From a virus, in the IMG/VR virus record IMGVR_UViG_3300037418_003060, positions 27,169-91,168 of that record: a stretch of DNA of 64,000 nt, one strand, 5' to 3'. This document shows positions 48,201 to 55,768 of the stretch, piece after piece. The notes below the pieces were generated by a model. It saw only the letters and a program-made list of their open reading frames with translations, was not told the DNA's origin and ran no database searches. Position 1 is the stretch's first letter. The number at the start of each line of letters is the position of its first letter. The position numbers and the translations under genes are program-made.

Positions 48201-48909
48201 GCACCTGTGCAGCTGGGCTGGAGGTGAGAAAACTGGTGTTCAGGGCGCGCTGGCGCTCAAGGCCTGCCTCCTGGATGGCAAGCTCCTTGTTCCACCAGGC
48301 GGCATAGTCCGCCTGCTCACGCGCGCGCATGGCGTGCAGCTCGGTGTCACGCTTTTGCTCGATGGCTTCACGCTCGGCCGCGGCCTTCTCCCACCAGCCA
48401 ACGTATTCGGTCGTCGCCTTTTGCGCCATCTGGTTCAGCTCGACGTCGCGGCGCTGCTCGATGCTGTTGCGCTCGGCCAGCGATTTTTCCCACCAGCCGA
48501 TGTAGTCCTGCGTAGCCTGCTGGCGCATCCGGTTCAGCTCGGTGTCGCGCTTTTCCTCGATGGCCAGCATCTGGTCCCACCAGCTGACGTAGTCGTTCAG
48601 GGCCTGGCCGCGCATGCGGTTCAACTCGACGTCGCGGCGCTGCTCCACGGTGAGCACTTTGGAAACTGCGCTCTCATGCGCAGCTGCAATCCGGCTGCTG
48701 CCGGATTCAGCCTCTGCAGCGGCAGCGGCCATGCTGGTCGCGATCGAAGCCTGCATGGTCTTGAACTGCTGGTCCATGCGCGACAGCGCGCCGCCGGCAG
48801 TCTCGGCCAGCTTGCCCAGGGCCGCGTCGATGCGGTCGAGCGCGTCGGCCATGCGCAGGAAAGCATCGCTCCCGCTGGCCTCGCCGTCAATTCCGATCCG
48901 GTCGTTCAT
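42295..48909 (-). CDS. Tape measure protein (2204 aa)
   Basis: Very long Ala-rich helical ORF after the tail chaperones; TP901-type core. Confidence 0.95.
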   Translation of the reverse strand: MNDRIGIDGEASGSDAFLRMADALDRIDAALGKLAETAGGALSRMDQQFKTMQASIATSMAAAAAEAESGSSRIAAAHESAVSKVLTVEQRRDVELNRMRGQALNDYVSWWDQMLAIEEKRDTELNRMRQQATQDYIGWWEKSLAERNSIEQRRDVELNQMAQKATTEYVGWWEKAAAEREAIEQKRDTELHAMRAREQADYAAWWNKELAIQEAGLERQRALNTSFLTSSPAAQVRTATQAQVYASLGGDAQAKYGSVASQADALSMAQARLAASGAALRGEQTILNDTLRQAEGAFRGAAHQAGIYGLNHGQLIALLAGGALAASLHHIAETGAEVEYQLASLNALSGETQPIDVDKFIGISAGTLTSLKDAAEGVHALAEAGMDQQQAFAALPSVMRLSVLGEMSVAQAAEMAVESMHAFGKSVSDLESIGDILVAVGAKSNVSVHKLAEDMKSAATTGELFGMSMEEITAAVGTLAERGLTIQPLSSAMMKLYEPSDKAAKVIQKLGLEVKDQETGAFRPFTDIITDLSTKLNQFSSSGAADTLKQMGFSSRDIKAMEAMTQHLGDYKHLLEAAHDSQGKMFDAMLVKEDTVEGGWKRLGSTLDGSVVKAFEAASPVIRQVENDLMHMAGSQDTIDMLAGLASGVARLSQVVVEHTGTIALAAAGYVALRGVATVTKLIGEFAAAQRVATIATEAARVAAAAEGAQLSLLAEQEAAAAVGAGALAAETTALEARMAVAATGSRLLSASLGWLGLAATAAITVYELMSGKMSAADAQRQKEINTHETTIDAFDREIKRLNDMADQLDKVGEASEKAAGKLAMVHLQSDRDTAEQHLRDLRAQSPGGSAGYVGDLQKMQHQKAIEEAQADLTRIDDQITEQGQRLADLDKAQQRAKEATDRKSISERLTALTDSLDTIQKVNPKAAPALQEEVDKVIELTNAKVGYGKVLEQIGEVEKHVNAAKLAADKPTNDKDALNAQLALEQGKIRLAQLQAKSELDSLKSQNSRGELGDLELINEQLRVKKQLTQDEVTVAQNQARLAKGADKLAKTQAYNNKVKEAEFQNADADRAAEDARANLLDKMSKQELQYQAKTLADRGQLVDAFNMKYEADYSNMLEKLDKDIANKKNAEYKDQLERYKSFLLDLKVAGEEAALFQEMGQAFDLALAQMQNKLQGLRNNSGDNAGLGAIVDNAGRMQGTFQAALPDLLARQHARMGAAILADNPAEMKAAEEDLKKIEAQAEQVRNIWVDVAKTIGAELASAFGRGGKGIGDMLVATEAYGARMAQIQDNLAKDGDKKKAAEDVASAQIKGYGDMAAAAEGFFDTSSRGYKVLRTTEQVFRAWELALAIEALAKKTFLKEAEVAVNTTTNATKIAGEAAATGASVGLAATESSAWGATAVIKAIASLPFPLNLAAGAATMAAVVALGAKLTGGLTGGHADTTAIDRQAAVGAGSILGDTKAKSDSIAKALDAIDKNTFQGLNVSMGMLDALRAIQSSVSTLGDTLYQNGLSTTAYGSSNPYSGVSKLGGAALGGSVGFMAGEGLTAFTAMASLGGPLGALAGAVIGTLLGPTISKITNSIFGGKVSSIDTGIMLSSGSLGGLLANGAHVNQYSDTKTDGGWFGKDKYGTSLTGLGAEVDDQFTKVIANMRAAIIASAGVLGTADSTFTTKLDSFVVDIGKISTKDLKPDEVQKALQAAMSKLGDDMARFAMGDLQKSQKAGEGALQTLARIANDYQTVDTVLGALGMTFNSVGMASVDARERLIDLAGGLDKFTSASEQFLKDFYTDQEQAAALRARIAPVLSQYGLSTTGADPMKAYRDYVAGLDTSTEAGAQAYTTLISISSAFKQIVDAGKKVTDEAKGLQDQLDQLTMTRVQLLEKERNALDPANQALFDQLQLAKGVADAKDALSQAYDNESQKIQQAIDRMKSFGDGLKKFRDQLALGNLSPLTPEQKYVEARNQYELTLARAKGGDTAAQDNLQNAAQAFLEASRTIYASGDSYTSDYQRVTAAMDDMSKWADQQVNVQRSSLDQLKLVVGGVIDLKGGVMTVAEAIDNLRLAQNSTSTDLQRTGLTDLYQELLGRAPDQAGLNFWMQQLQNGVTFNTIADFFKNSPEYAAHQSALSLVGNDVSMASTLSGLNTQIAALNQQVADLKTGQTQQTGALIQALAATSENAADTIVDGTKAATQEAAWSSANTVELR
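48274..48645 (-). repeat. Four 29-33-aa tandem repeats E(Q/E)(R/K)RD(V/T)EL..M......Y..WW in the tape measure N-terminus
   Basis: Visible in the translation. Confidence 0.9.
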
Positions 48910-48936
48910 CCGCAGCCCCCTATGTCAGCAGGCCAA

Positions 48937-48965
48937 AGTATAGACTTTAAGCAAGTTTTGTACCA
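48937..48965 (-). promoter_or_regulatory. Tape measure promoter
   Basis: - strand TGGTAC-N17-TATACT; also reads TGGTAC-AAAAC-TTGCT, a sense-oriented sigma54-like -24/-12 box. Confidence 0.55.
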
Positions 48966-48987
48966 GAAATTTTGGTCGCAGGAAAGG

Positions 48988-49016
48988 AAATAGCCACCCG
49001 AGGGCGGCTATTTTTT
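48988..49016. terminator. Terminator after the tail chaperones
   Basis: AAATAGCCACC-CGAG-GGCGGCTATTT hairpin with A/T tails on both sides. Confidence 0.7.
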
Positions 49017-49342
49017 CTTCGCCTTTTCCAGCAGGAAGGACTGGTGCTGGGTGTCGAGGTACTGAATCCGGTCTATCAACAACGCTCGCCAGTCCGCATT
49101 GCGTATTTGGAGCTCGTCAAGTAGTCCGCGGATCTCGGACAGCGGCACCGCAGCGATCCCGCCCATGCTGGGAGGCCGGCTGCCGGAAATCTTCATGTAC
49201 AGCTTGTAGAAGTAGTTCTGGCGTTCATCCAGCCTTGGCATGTCGCGAAGCGCCTGGGGCACTTCGCCTTCCTCCCTGGCCTGGTCCAGCAGCCATTTCA
49301 GGCTGCCGCCCCAGGTCAGCTGCCAGCGGAGGTAGCCTCGGA
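49008..49342 (-). CDS. Tail assembly chaperone, frameshift (T) extension
   Basis: The -1 frame after A AAA AAC reads LRGYLRWQLTWGGSLKWLL...VPQALRDMPRL...KAKKK*. Confidence 0.8.
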
Positions 49343-49795
49343 GTTTTTTTCGTCCTCCTCCTGCGTGGCCACCAGGAAGTTCTTGTAGTCGTCCGACTTG
49401 CTCTGCACCCAGTTGCGGAACTCCTTCACCGCCAGCAGCTTGGCCGCGTTGGCCACGCTGTAGGCGCCGGTCAGGTCCTCGCCGTTGAACTCGATCTTGC
49501 CAGCGACCTCGGTACCATCGGCCAGCTTGCGGACGATCGGGCGCCAGCCGAGCAGGATGGTCTTGGACATGACCTCGACCGTGATCTTTTCGGCGCGCTC
49601 GTTGGCGCGGGCGCGGTCTTCGGGCGTAACGCGCTGGTCCAGGGTGTGCTTGTGCGCCTGCACAAGCTGGCTGAACATGTCGGTGTAGGCCTGGTTGCCG
49701 CTGCGCGCGACCAGGAACTCGGCGTCACCCAGTTCGAAGTAGCGGCCCTGCTTTTCGAGGACAGGGTCGGTGCCAAAGGCGCGAAAAATATCCAT
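49316..49795 (-). CDS. Tail assembly chaperone (G)
   Basis: Between tail tube and tape measure; ends with a slippery site. Confidence 0.85.
   Translation of the reverse strand: MDIFRAFGTDPVLEKQGRYFELGDAEFLVARSGNQAYTDMFSQLVQAHKHTLDQRVTPEDRARANERAEKITVEVMSKTILLGWRPIVRKLADGTEVAGKIEFNGEDLTGAYSVANAAKLLAVKEFRNWVQSKSDDYKNFLVATQEEDEKNSEATSAGS
49343..49349 (-). other. Programmed -1 frameshift slippery heptamer A AAA AAC
   Basis: In-frame GAA AAA AAC near the end of G; the -1 frame is open to 49008. Confidence 0.85.
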
Positions 49796-49860
49796 GGTTA
49801 AGTCCTATTGGGTTGGTGGAACCTTGATTCTACACAAACTCTTTCCAAATGGCACTAAAT

Positions 49861-49886
49861 AAAAGGGCCGGGATCGCTCCCGGCCC
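49861..49886 (-). terminator. Terminator after the tail tube gene
   Basis: GGGCCGGGA-GCGA-TCCCGGCCC-TTTT on the - strand. Confidence 0.85.
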
Positions 49887-49906
49887 AGGGCCCACACCCA
49901 TAACAG

Positions 49907-51136
49907 TTACGCAGCGGCGCCCAGGCGGTCGATGAAGATCACCTTCTGCAGGGCCGCATTGCTGTTCTTGCGGTCGGCGTACGCCGTGTAGTCGTACTCG
50001 GCCATCAGGTCGGTATTCTTGCCGCCCGCGACCACCTGGCCGTTGGACAGGCGCACGCGCGGCAGCGTGACCACGTAGCCGTTGCCGTCCGGGCCCTTGG
50101 TCGGGAAGGTCAGCGACGTGTAGGTGCCGTTGGTGTACTTGTCGTACAGCGTGCCGTCCTTGAAGTACACGGTCACCTTGCCGGTGATCGCGATCGAGCC
50201 GACACCGACGCCCACCGGGCCGAGCGTGTTGAGCTCCTTCTGCGCGCGCAGGCCGGCGTCGATGTCGAGCGAGATGCTCTTGACCTTGGTGTTGGCGATC
50301 GGCGCGCCGTTCTCCCACACCCGGCCGCCGCTGGTCACGCCATCGTGGATCTCGAAGGTGTTCGACGGCTGCACGGTGCCCGGCAGCGCGGTGGCGTTGC
50401 TGGTGTTGCGCAGGCCATTCTTGCCGATGAAGGTGATCGTGGCTTCGGTCTGCGACTCGCTCTTGAACTCGGTCGAGAACTTCGAGGCGCACTGGCCGGT
50501 GAACATGATGTACTGGCTCACGTCGCTCAGCTGCTTCTCGATGCAGAAGCTCGGGATGACGGTACCGGCGGTCACGCGCTGGGTCGAGATCGAGCAGTTG
50601 GCGATCGGGCCGGTCGCCGACAGCGGAGTCGACGGATCCAGGGTGATCACGGTGCCGGTGGCGGCCACCGTGGACGAGTTGCGGAGCCACTTGCCGTCGT
50701 TGACGTCGCCCGGGGCATTGAGCTGGAACCACTGGCCCGGCTGCAGCGTGGTGAATGCGCTCGAGCCGCTCGGCGCCACCGCGGCGGTCAGGGTGGTGGT
50801 GGTGAAGGTGCCCGAGAACGTGGTGCCCACGCCCTTGGTGCCGTACACCGTCCAGCTGTTGCGCAGCACGGCGGCCAGGAAGTCGTCGTACTCGGCGTAC
50901 TGCATGTGCACCTTGATGTCGCCCGAGGTGCCAGCGTCGGTGGTCGAAGAGCCATTGGCCTGGCCATCCGCCGTGATTTCCTTGTCCTGGGTCTGGGTCA
51001 CATCGTACTTGAGCGACTCACCGGTGAAGCGGATGGCGCGCGGGTTGCCCGAGTTCGGCACGACGCCGAAGGTCGTTTCTTGGATATACGCAAGGCGTGC
51101 CAGATCGGTGGATGCGCCGGCAGTGGTAACAGGCAT
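49907..51136 (-). CDS. Major tail tube protein
   Basis: LAYIQETTFG..P...RFTGESL, SFCIEK, ITGKVTVYF.D..LY; GGAGG RBS. Confidence 0.88.
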   Translation of the reverse strand: MPVTTAGASTDLARLAYIQETTFGVVPNSGNPRAIRFTGESLKYDVTQTQDKEITADGQANGSSTTDAGTSGDIKVHMQYAEYDDFLAAVLRNSWTVYGTKGVGTTFSGTFTTTTLTAAVAPSGSSAFTTLQPGQWFQLNAPGDVNDGKWLRNSSTVAATGTVITLDPSTPLSATGPIANCSISTQRVTAGTVIPSFCIEKQLSDVSQYIMFTGQCASKFSTEFKSESQTEATITFIGKNGLRNTSNATALPGTVQPSNTFEIHDGVTSGGRVWENGAPIANTKVKSISLDIDAGLRAQKELNTLGPVGVGVGSIAITGKVTVYFKDGTLYDKYTNGTYTSLTFPTKGPDGNGYVVTLPRVRLSNGQVVAGGKNTDLMAEYDYTAYADRKNSNAALQKVIFIDRLGAAA

Positions 51137-51202
51137 GGTGACCTCCAGGTTGATTTGGGGCAAATTCTAGCAGGAACTATTTGTCAACAGTGCAAACTTT
51201 GA

Positions 51203-51628
51203 CTAGAACTTGGTCCTGTGGTAATAAAAGTTGACGATCGCAGGGCACTTGTAGAGCCCGTTGATCGTTTTACCTCTTGCAAGGGTCACCGCGCGGCAGT
51301 GCACACCGTTCAGGTACTGCATGTCGAAGTAAGGCACGACGAAGTCGCGCAGCTTGCGCACCGCGAGCGACCCGGCGCCTTCCTTGCACACTGCCGAAAT
51401 CCAGATCTGCCCCCACTGCTCGACGATCGGGTTGTCCGACAGGTCAAGCTGGCCGCCGTCTGGGCTGGGGATTTCGTGGATCTCGATTTCCAGGTAGGGG
51501 TCGGTCTGGGCGGCCTTGTCGACCGTGGACCGGTTGTCTATCTCGAACACGAGCGGGTAGTCGGCATGGGCGGCCGCGGCCTGCTGCACGACCGTCATGA
51601 TTTGGGCGAAAGCCTCGGCACTGTTCAT
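51203..51628 (-). CDS. Tail terminator protein (putative)
   Basis: Size and position before the tail tube; G.I.I....G.G motif. Confidence 0.65.
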   Translation of the reverse strand: MNSAEAFAQIMTVVQQAAAAHADYPLVFEIDNRSTVDKAAQTDPYLEIEIHEIPSPDGGQLDLSDNPIVEQWGQIWISAVCKEGAGSLAVRKLRDFVVPYFDMQYLNGVHCRAVTLARGKTINGLYKCPAIVNFYYHRTKF

Positions 51629-52155
51629 GTGAACCTCGCTTGCAGGTAGCTGGAAATCGACTCCCAGGCCGTGATCGCGACCTCGTCGCGCATCTGCTGC
51701 GGCCGGCCGTCCGGTCCGAAAATCTTTGGCGGGACGATCTCGATCGGGGTCGGGTTGACGATGTAGACCGGCTGGCCGACCTGCAGCTTGCCGTTGCTTC
51801 CGACCTTCATGTACTCGATGTAGCGCATGCGCTGCACGCCGCGCATGTACGCCGACTCCAGGCCGGCGCTGTCGTCGCCGGCGTGGTGCGCTTCCGGCGC
51901 TTGACTGTGGTCGGTCTTGAAGTACGCCTCCTTCTCCGCCCAGGGGCGGTACCCGCGCACCGGCGAATCGGGTGTCTCGATATCGAAGTTGCTGACGAAG
52001 TCGCTGGAGAACTGCGGCGCGACGAACAGCACCGCGCGATAGCGCTTGAGCACCTCGCGGCGGTACTGCTTGTTGGCCGAGTCGATCATCTCCTGCTTCT
52101 TGGAGCGAACGACGTTCCGCGACTGAAGCAGCAGATCCACGTTTATCGACAACAT
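51625..52155 (-). CDS. Neck/tail completion protein (putative)
   Basis: Synteny; APQFSSDFVSNF and VYIVNPTP resemble HK97-gp10-like neck proteins. Confidence 0.6.
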   Translation of the reverse strand: MLSINVDLLLQSRNVVRSKKQEMIDSANKQYRREVLKRYRAVLFVAPQFSSDFVSNFDIETPDSPVRGYRPWAEKEAYFKTDHSQAPEAHHAGDDSAGLESAYMRGVQRMRYIEYMKVGSNGKLQVGQPVYIVNPTPIEIVPPKIFGPDGRPQQMRDEVAITAWESISSYLQARFT

Positions 52156-52253
52156 ATTATTTATACCTTATAAATCGTTTATACCGTATTAACTAAATAA
52201 ACGATATAAACGATTTATACCGTTTATACTAAATAAACGGTATAAATTATTTA
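52156..52253. repeat. AT-rich island of overlapping inverted repeats with 36-bp periodicity
   Basis: 19 G/C in 98 nt; 15-bp perfect inverted repeats at 52169-52183/52205-52219 and 52213-52227/52233-52247. Confidence 0.92.
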
Positions 52254-52769
52254 CGCTTCCGGATCGTGGTGCAGTTCGCCTTGATTGATCTGATCAGCGA
52301 CGATAGTGCCCGAGAGGACGATGTTGCCGACGGCCGGCTCAGGCTCGGCTACCATCGCGGCGGCCGGCTCGACTACCGGCGCGGCCGGCGCCTGCGCCGG
52401 CAGGTTGGTGATGGCGGTGAACAGCTGCGCCACGCGTGCGCCCAGGTCGGCAAGGGTGCCTTCCAGCGAGTGTTCCAGGCGCGCGGCGTCCGGCTCCTCT
52501 GCCACCACCTCCGGCAGGATCAGGAGCGCCAGCTTGCAGGTGGCGTACTGCTTCACGGCGGTGCAGTAGCGGTCCTGGTCCTCGCTCTCCGGCTGCAGCT
52601 CGAGCGATTCGAACAGGTCGGCCACGCCGGTCGAGATGGCGCCCAGCGACGCCGACAGCGTGCTCAGGTAGGTACCATCGGTCATGGCGGCCGGGGCAAG
52701 GTGTGCGGCTGCCTCGCCGCCGAGCATGGCGGTGATGGCTTCGGCCGAGGTGTAGATTTTGATGTCCAT
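52251..52769 (-). CDS. Hypothetical protein; N-terminus paralogous to 53620..54111
   Basis: AAAGGA RBS; shares motifs with the putative adaptor. Confidence 0.7.
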   Translation of the reverse strand: MDIKIYTSAEAITAMLGGEAAAHLAPAAMTDGTYLSTLSASLGAISTGVADLFESLELQPESEDQDRYCTAVKQYATCKLALLILPEVVAEEPDAARLEHSLEGTLADLGARVAQLFTAITNLPAQAPAAPVVEPAAAMVAEPEPAVGNIVLSGTIVADQINQGELHHDPEA

Positions 52770-52780
52770 GGAATGTCCTT

Positions 52781-53617
52781 TCAGGTGCGGCGGGCAAGGA
52801 TGGCCCAAGCATCGAGCTCGTCGATGACAAGGGCGGCCCGCCAGGTGGCGCCCTGCATCGTGAAGGTGGCGCCCTGCCTGGGCGTGACGGCCGACTTGGC
52901 GACAAAGACGGCGCGATCGCCCGGCTCGAGCCGGTATTCGGGCTGGACCCGGAACTGGTAGAACTTGCCGGTGTCGGTCTGGATCGCGGTCGTGGTGGCC
53001 GTGCTCGAGGTGAGCGTGTCGGTGACCGGGTCGAGGGTGCCGGCTTGCGTGAAGGTGACCGTCTGCAGCGCGTCCTCGCGCAGCTGGTCGGCCTCGAGAA
53101 TCCGGAACTCGTCCACGGTGGGATAGGTGTTTCGAATCCGGTACAGCGTGCTGCCCTCGCGCAGGAACTGCCCGTGCAGGAACGCCTCCGTGAACGGGCA
53201 GATGACGTTCCACATCGGGTCCCAGTCCGCGGTGCTTTGCGGGTTGGTCGTGTCGCGGTAGTAGTCCTTCTGGGCGTAGAAGGTCAGACCCTCGGCGGCC
53301 AGGCAGGCTTCGCCCGGGCCGAGCAGGTCGAAGGTGCCGGTGGCCTTCTTCAGGCCAAAGCTGCGGCGGATCGTCTCGCCCTGAAAAGAGTCGTCGTTGC
53401 TGTTCCCGACCAGCCAGTACTCGCCATAGATCTTGGCCACGCGGCGCGCCGGCGGCTCGGCATCAGGCGCGGCCGACAGCGTGCGCCGGCGTACCGTGGC
53501 ACCAGACGAGGTGTGGTCGTCATGCGGTGTGGTGTGGCCGTAGAACAGCAGTGCGTCGCTGTAGGCGTCACGCACTTCGTCCTCGTCGAAACTGGCGGCA
53601 ACGTCGGCAAGGTCCAT
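52781..53617 (-). CDS. Head closure/stopper-like protein (putative)
   Basis: Position after the adaptor; beta-rich. Confidence 0.55.
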   Translation of the reverse strand: MDLADVAASFDEDEVRDAYSDALLFYGHTTPHDDHTSSGATVRRRTLSAAPDAEPPARRVAKIYGEYWLVGNSNDDSFQGETIRRSFGLKKATGTFDLLGPGEACLAAEGLTFYAQKDYYRDTTNPQSTADWDPMWNVICPFTEAFLHGQFLREGSTLYRIRNTYPTVDEFRILEADQLREDALQTVTFTQAGTLDPVTDTLTSSTATTTAIQTDTGKFYQFRVQPEYRLEPGDRAVFVAKSAVTPRQGATFTMQGATWRAALVIDELDAWAILARRT

Positions 53618-53619
53618 GG

Positions 53620-54111
53620 TCAGCCCGTGATCGGGTCGGTGCCCAGACCGACGTTGTCAGCAAGCACCCGGGCGCTCGTGACGCTGGTCGCTTGGTTGCC
53701 GGTGGTCTTCTGGTAGGCGTCGAGCAACTGCTTGCGGACGTACCCCAGCTGCATGTCGAGATCCGGGATCAGCAGTTCGTACGGGTTGTCGACCCGCTCC
53801 TTCTCGGCCTTGCCGTCGGTGATGCGCTTGGGCGCCAGCATCGGCATGACCGGCACCAGCAGGCGGGCCAGGGTGTAGGTCGCGAATGCCTTGACCAGCC
53901 GCACAAACCGTGCCTGGTCCTTGGTCTGCGGGTCCAGGACCTTGGTGGCCTGGTAGACGTCGTCCAGGTCCGAGGACACGCCTGCCAGGCGCTCGAGCAA
54001 TTCGGTCAGCAAGGTCGGGCCGAGAATCTGCTCGTCCTTGAGCTCCTTGGGCGAAGCGCCCAGCGCAGAGCGGACTTCCTGCGCACTGTCGATATAGTCG
54101 GTGGTCTGCAT
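53620..54111 (-). CDS. Head-tail adaptor (putative)
   Basis: Helical ~163-aa protein shortly after the major capsid gene; GAGG RBS. Confidence 0.55.
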   Translation of the reverse strand: MQTTDYIDSAQEVRSALGASPKELKDEQILGPTLLTELLERLAGVSSDLDDVYQATKVLDPQTKDQARFVRLVKAFATYTLARLLVPVMPMLAPKRITDGKAEKERVDNPYELLIPDLDMQLGYVRKQLLDAYQKTTGNQATSVTSARVLADNVGLGTDPITG

Positions 54112-54140
54112 GATCAGCCTCGGCCTGATGATTTCCGGCA

Positions 54141-54169
54141 ATTATGGCACGAGTTTTGCTTATATGAAA
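54141..54169 (-). promoter_or_regulatory. Late promoter with reversed sigma54-like box
   Basis: - strand TTTCAT-N17-CATAAT (extended TG); + strand TGGCACGAGTTTTGCT at 54145-54160. Confidence 0.6.
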
Positions 54170-54197
54170 GAAAGCCCGCTGGCGCGGGCTTTTCTTT
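54167..54197. terminator. Bidirectional terminator
   Basis: AAAGAAAGCCCGC-TGGC-GCGGGCTTTTCTTT. Confidence 0.85.
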
Positions 54198-54417
54198 ACT
54201 TGCCAGCCTTCACTTCAGGCTTTGCAGCTTCCTTCGGCGCCTCGCCGTTCTCGTCGCACGCCTTGATGGCGGGCTGGCCCATCAGCCATTTGTCAGGGCT
54301 GATGCGATAGACGACGCCCGGGTCCATCGACACGGCACGCTCTGGGTGGGTCAGGCGGAAGCCGGAGGTGTTGGTGAAGTACTGCTTGCTGTCTTTGTCG
54401 AGGACCACGATGTTCAT
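54196..54417 (-). CDS. Hypothetical protein (73 aa)
   Basis: GGAG RBS; has its own promoter TTGCCC-N17-TAGTAT. Confidence 0.7.
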   Translation of the reverse strand: MNIVVLDKDSKQYFTNTSGFRLTHPERAVSMDPGVVYRISPDKWLMGQPAIKACDENGEAPKEAAKPEVKAGK

Positions 54418-54478
54418 GACATTTCTCCAAAAGTTTGACGGTGGCCAATACTACCGCGAAAATTTACAATGGGCAATT

Positions 54479-54502
54479 AAAAACCGCCCCGAAGGGCGGT
54501 TT
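54479..54502 (-). terminator. Terminator after the major capsid gene
   Basis: AAACCGCCC-TTCG-GGGCGGTTTTT. Confidence 0.9.
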
Positions 54503-54517
54503 CCGGGGCCGGCCTGC

Positions 54518-55759
54518 TTAGTCCGACAGGTACATCGCGTCGAACGGGGTGAGCTCGCTGTCGCCCCACAGGCGGAAGCAGTCCTCGCCCCAGTGCCAGA
54601 CCATGGCCGACTTGCGCTGCAGCACGAACTCTTCGGTCGCGCGGTAGTCGGCCGACAGGTTCTTCACCATCATGATTGCCTGGTTCTTGTCCAGCGCCCA
54701 GATGGTGTTGGCCGGGACCGGGCCGCCTTCGGTGGCCGGTTCAACGATCCACCACTGGACGTCGCCGCCGAAGATGTTGTTGATCGCCTTGGCCTGCGGA
54801 TCGATGCGCTCGAGCGTCGGGTCGTAGTTGTTGCTGCCCGGGCGGCCTTCGCGCTGTTCGAACTTCAGGTAGGTGTCGGAGTCCGCGATCACGTGGGTGA
54901 TGTGGCGGTACTTGTGCTTGCGCGCCAGGAACTTCACCCAGGCCTTGTGGGTGAACTTGTTACCCACTGCCAGCGGATCGAGCGAGCTCGACTGCACGAC
55001 CGGCACGGCGCCCGAAATCGAGTCGACGTCGCCGTTGAACAGCGCCGACAGGTAGCCGTAGACGCGGCCATCCATCTCGATCGAGGTGTAGCGGTCGACC
55101 GTCATCACCAGCATGTCCAGCGAGGTGCCGGCAAGTGCCTTGGCCGACGCTTCGATACCGATACCGTAGGTCGGCAGCTGGCGGCTACGCTCGCTGGTGC
55201 CCAGGGTCAGCATCATCGGGGTGTTGCCGTTTTCGGTGATGCGCGAGGCACGGGCACCCGACAGGCCGGTTTCGCCGCCGCCGCCCGGCACCGAGTAGGT
55301 GATCACCGGCTGCACGAAGTTGTCGGTCGAGACCGAGGTGTTCAGCGCGATCATCGAACGGAAGATGCGGTTGTCGGTCACGCGATCCGGCTGCATGCGG
55401 TCTTCGATCATCTCGATGACGGCGGCCGGGAACAGCGAGCGCGCTTCGTTGCCGTACGGGTCCGAACGCTTCTGGACGTTGGCGGCAACGTTGTAGCCGC
55501 ACTTGCCGTCCAGGATGTCAGCCAGCATCGGGCTGCGGCGGCCGAACGGGTTTTCGCCCACCAGCACGAGGCCGGTCGATGCGCAGACCTGCTGGAACAC
55601 GGTGCCCAGCTTCAGGTCCGGCTGCGCGTCGACAGCGCTGAACTTGGTGTTGATCAGCTGGCCCAGGGTGAGGCCGGCTTCCTTGGCCTCGCGGTACAGC
55701 TCGATGGTGACGGGAACGTCGTGACGCTTGCCACTTACGTCCATGTAAAATGCGGTCAT
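54518..55759 (-). CDS. Major capsid protein
   Basis: 413 aa; follows protease and decoration genes; AAGGAG RBS and a downstream terminator. Confidence 0.85.
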   Translation of the reverse strand: MTAFYMDVSGKRHDVPVTIELYREAKEAGLTLGQLINTKFSAVDAQPDLKLGTVFQQVCASTGLVLVGENPFGRRSPMLADILDGKCGYNVAANVQKRSDPYGNEARSLFPAAVIEMIEDRMQPDRVTDNRIFRSMIALNTSVSTDNFVQPVITYSVPGGGGETGLSGARASRITENGNTPMMLTLGTSERSRQLPTYGIGIEASAKALAGTSLDMLVMTVDRYTSIEMDGRVYGYLSALFNGDVDSISGAVPVVQSSSLDPLAVGNKFTHKAWVKFLARKHKYRHITHVIADSDTYLKFEQREGRPGSNNYDPTLERIDPQAKAINNIFGGDVQWWIVEPATEGGPVPANTIWALDKNQAIMMVKNLSADYRATEEFVLQRKSAMVWHWGEDCFRLWGDSELTPFDAMYLSD

Positions 55760-55768
55760 GGCAGCTCC

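Noticed and set aside
52156-52253. CRISPR mini-array or protelomerase (tel) site
   Set aside because: There are no unique spacers or cas genes, and no protelomerase is recognisable in the window.
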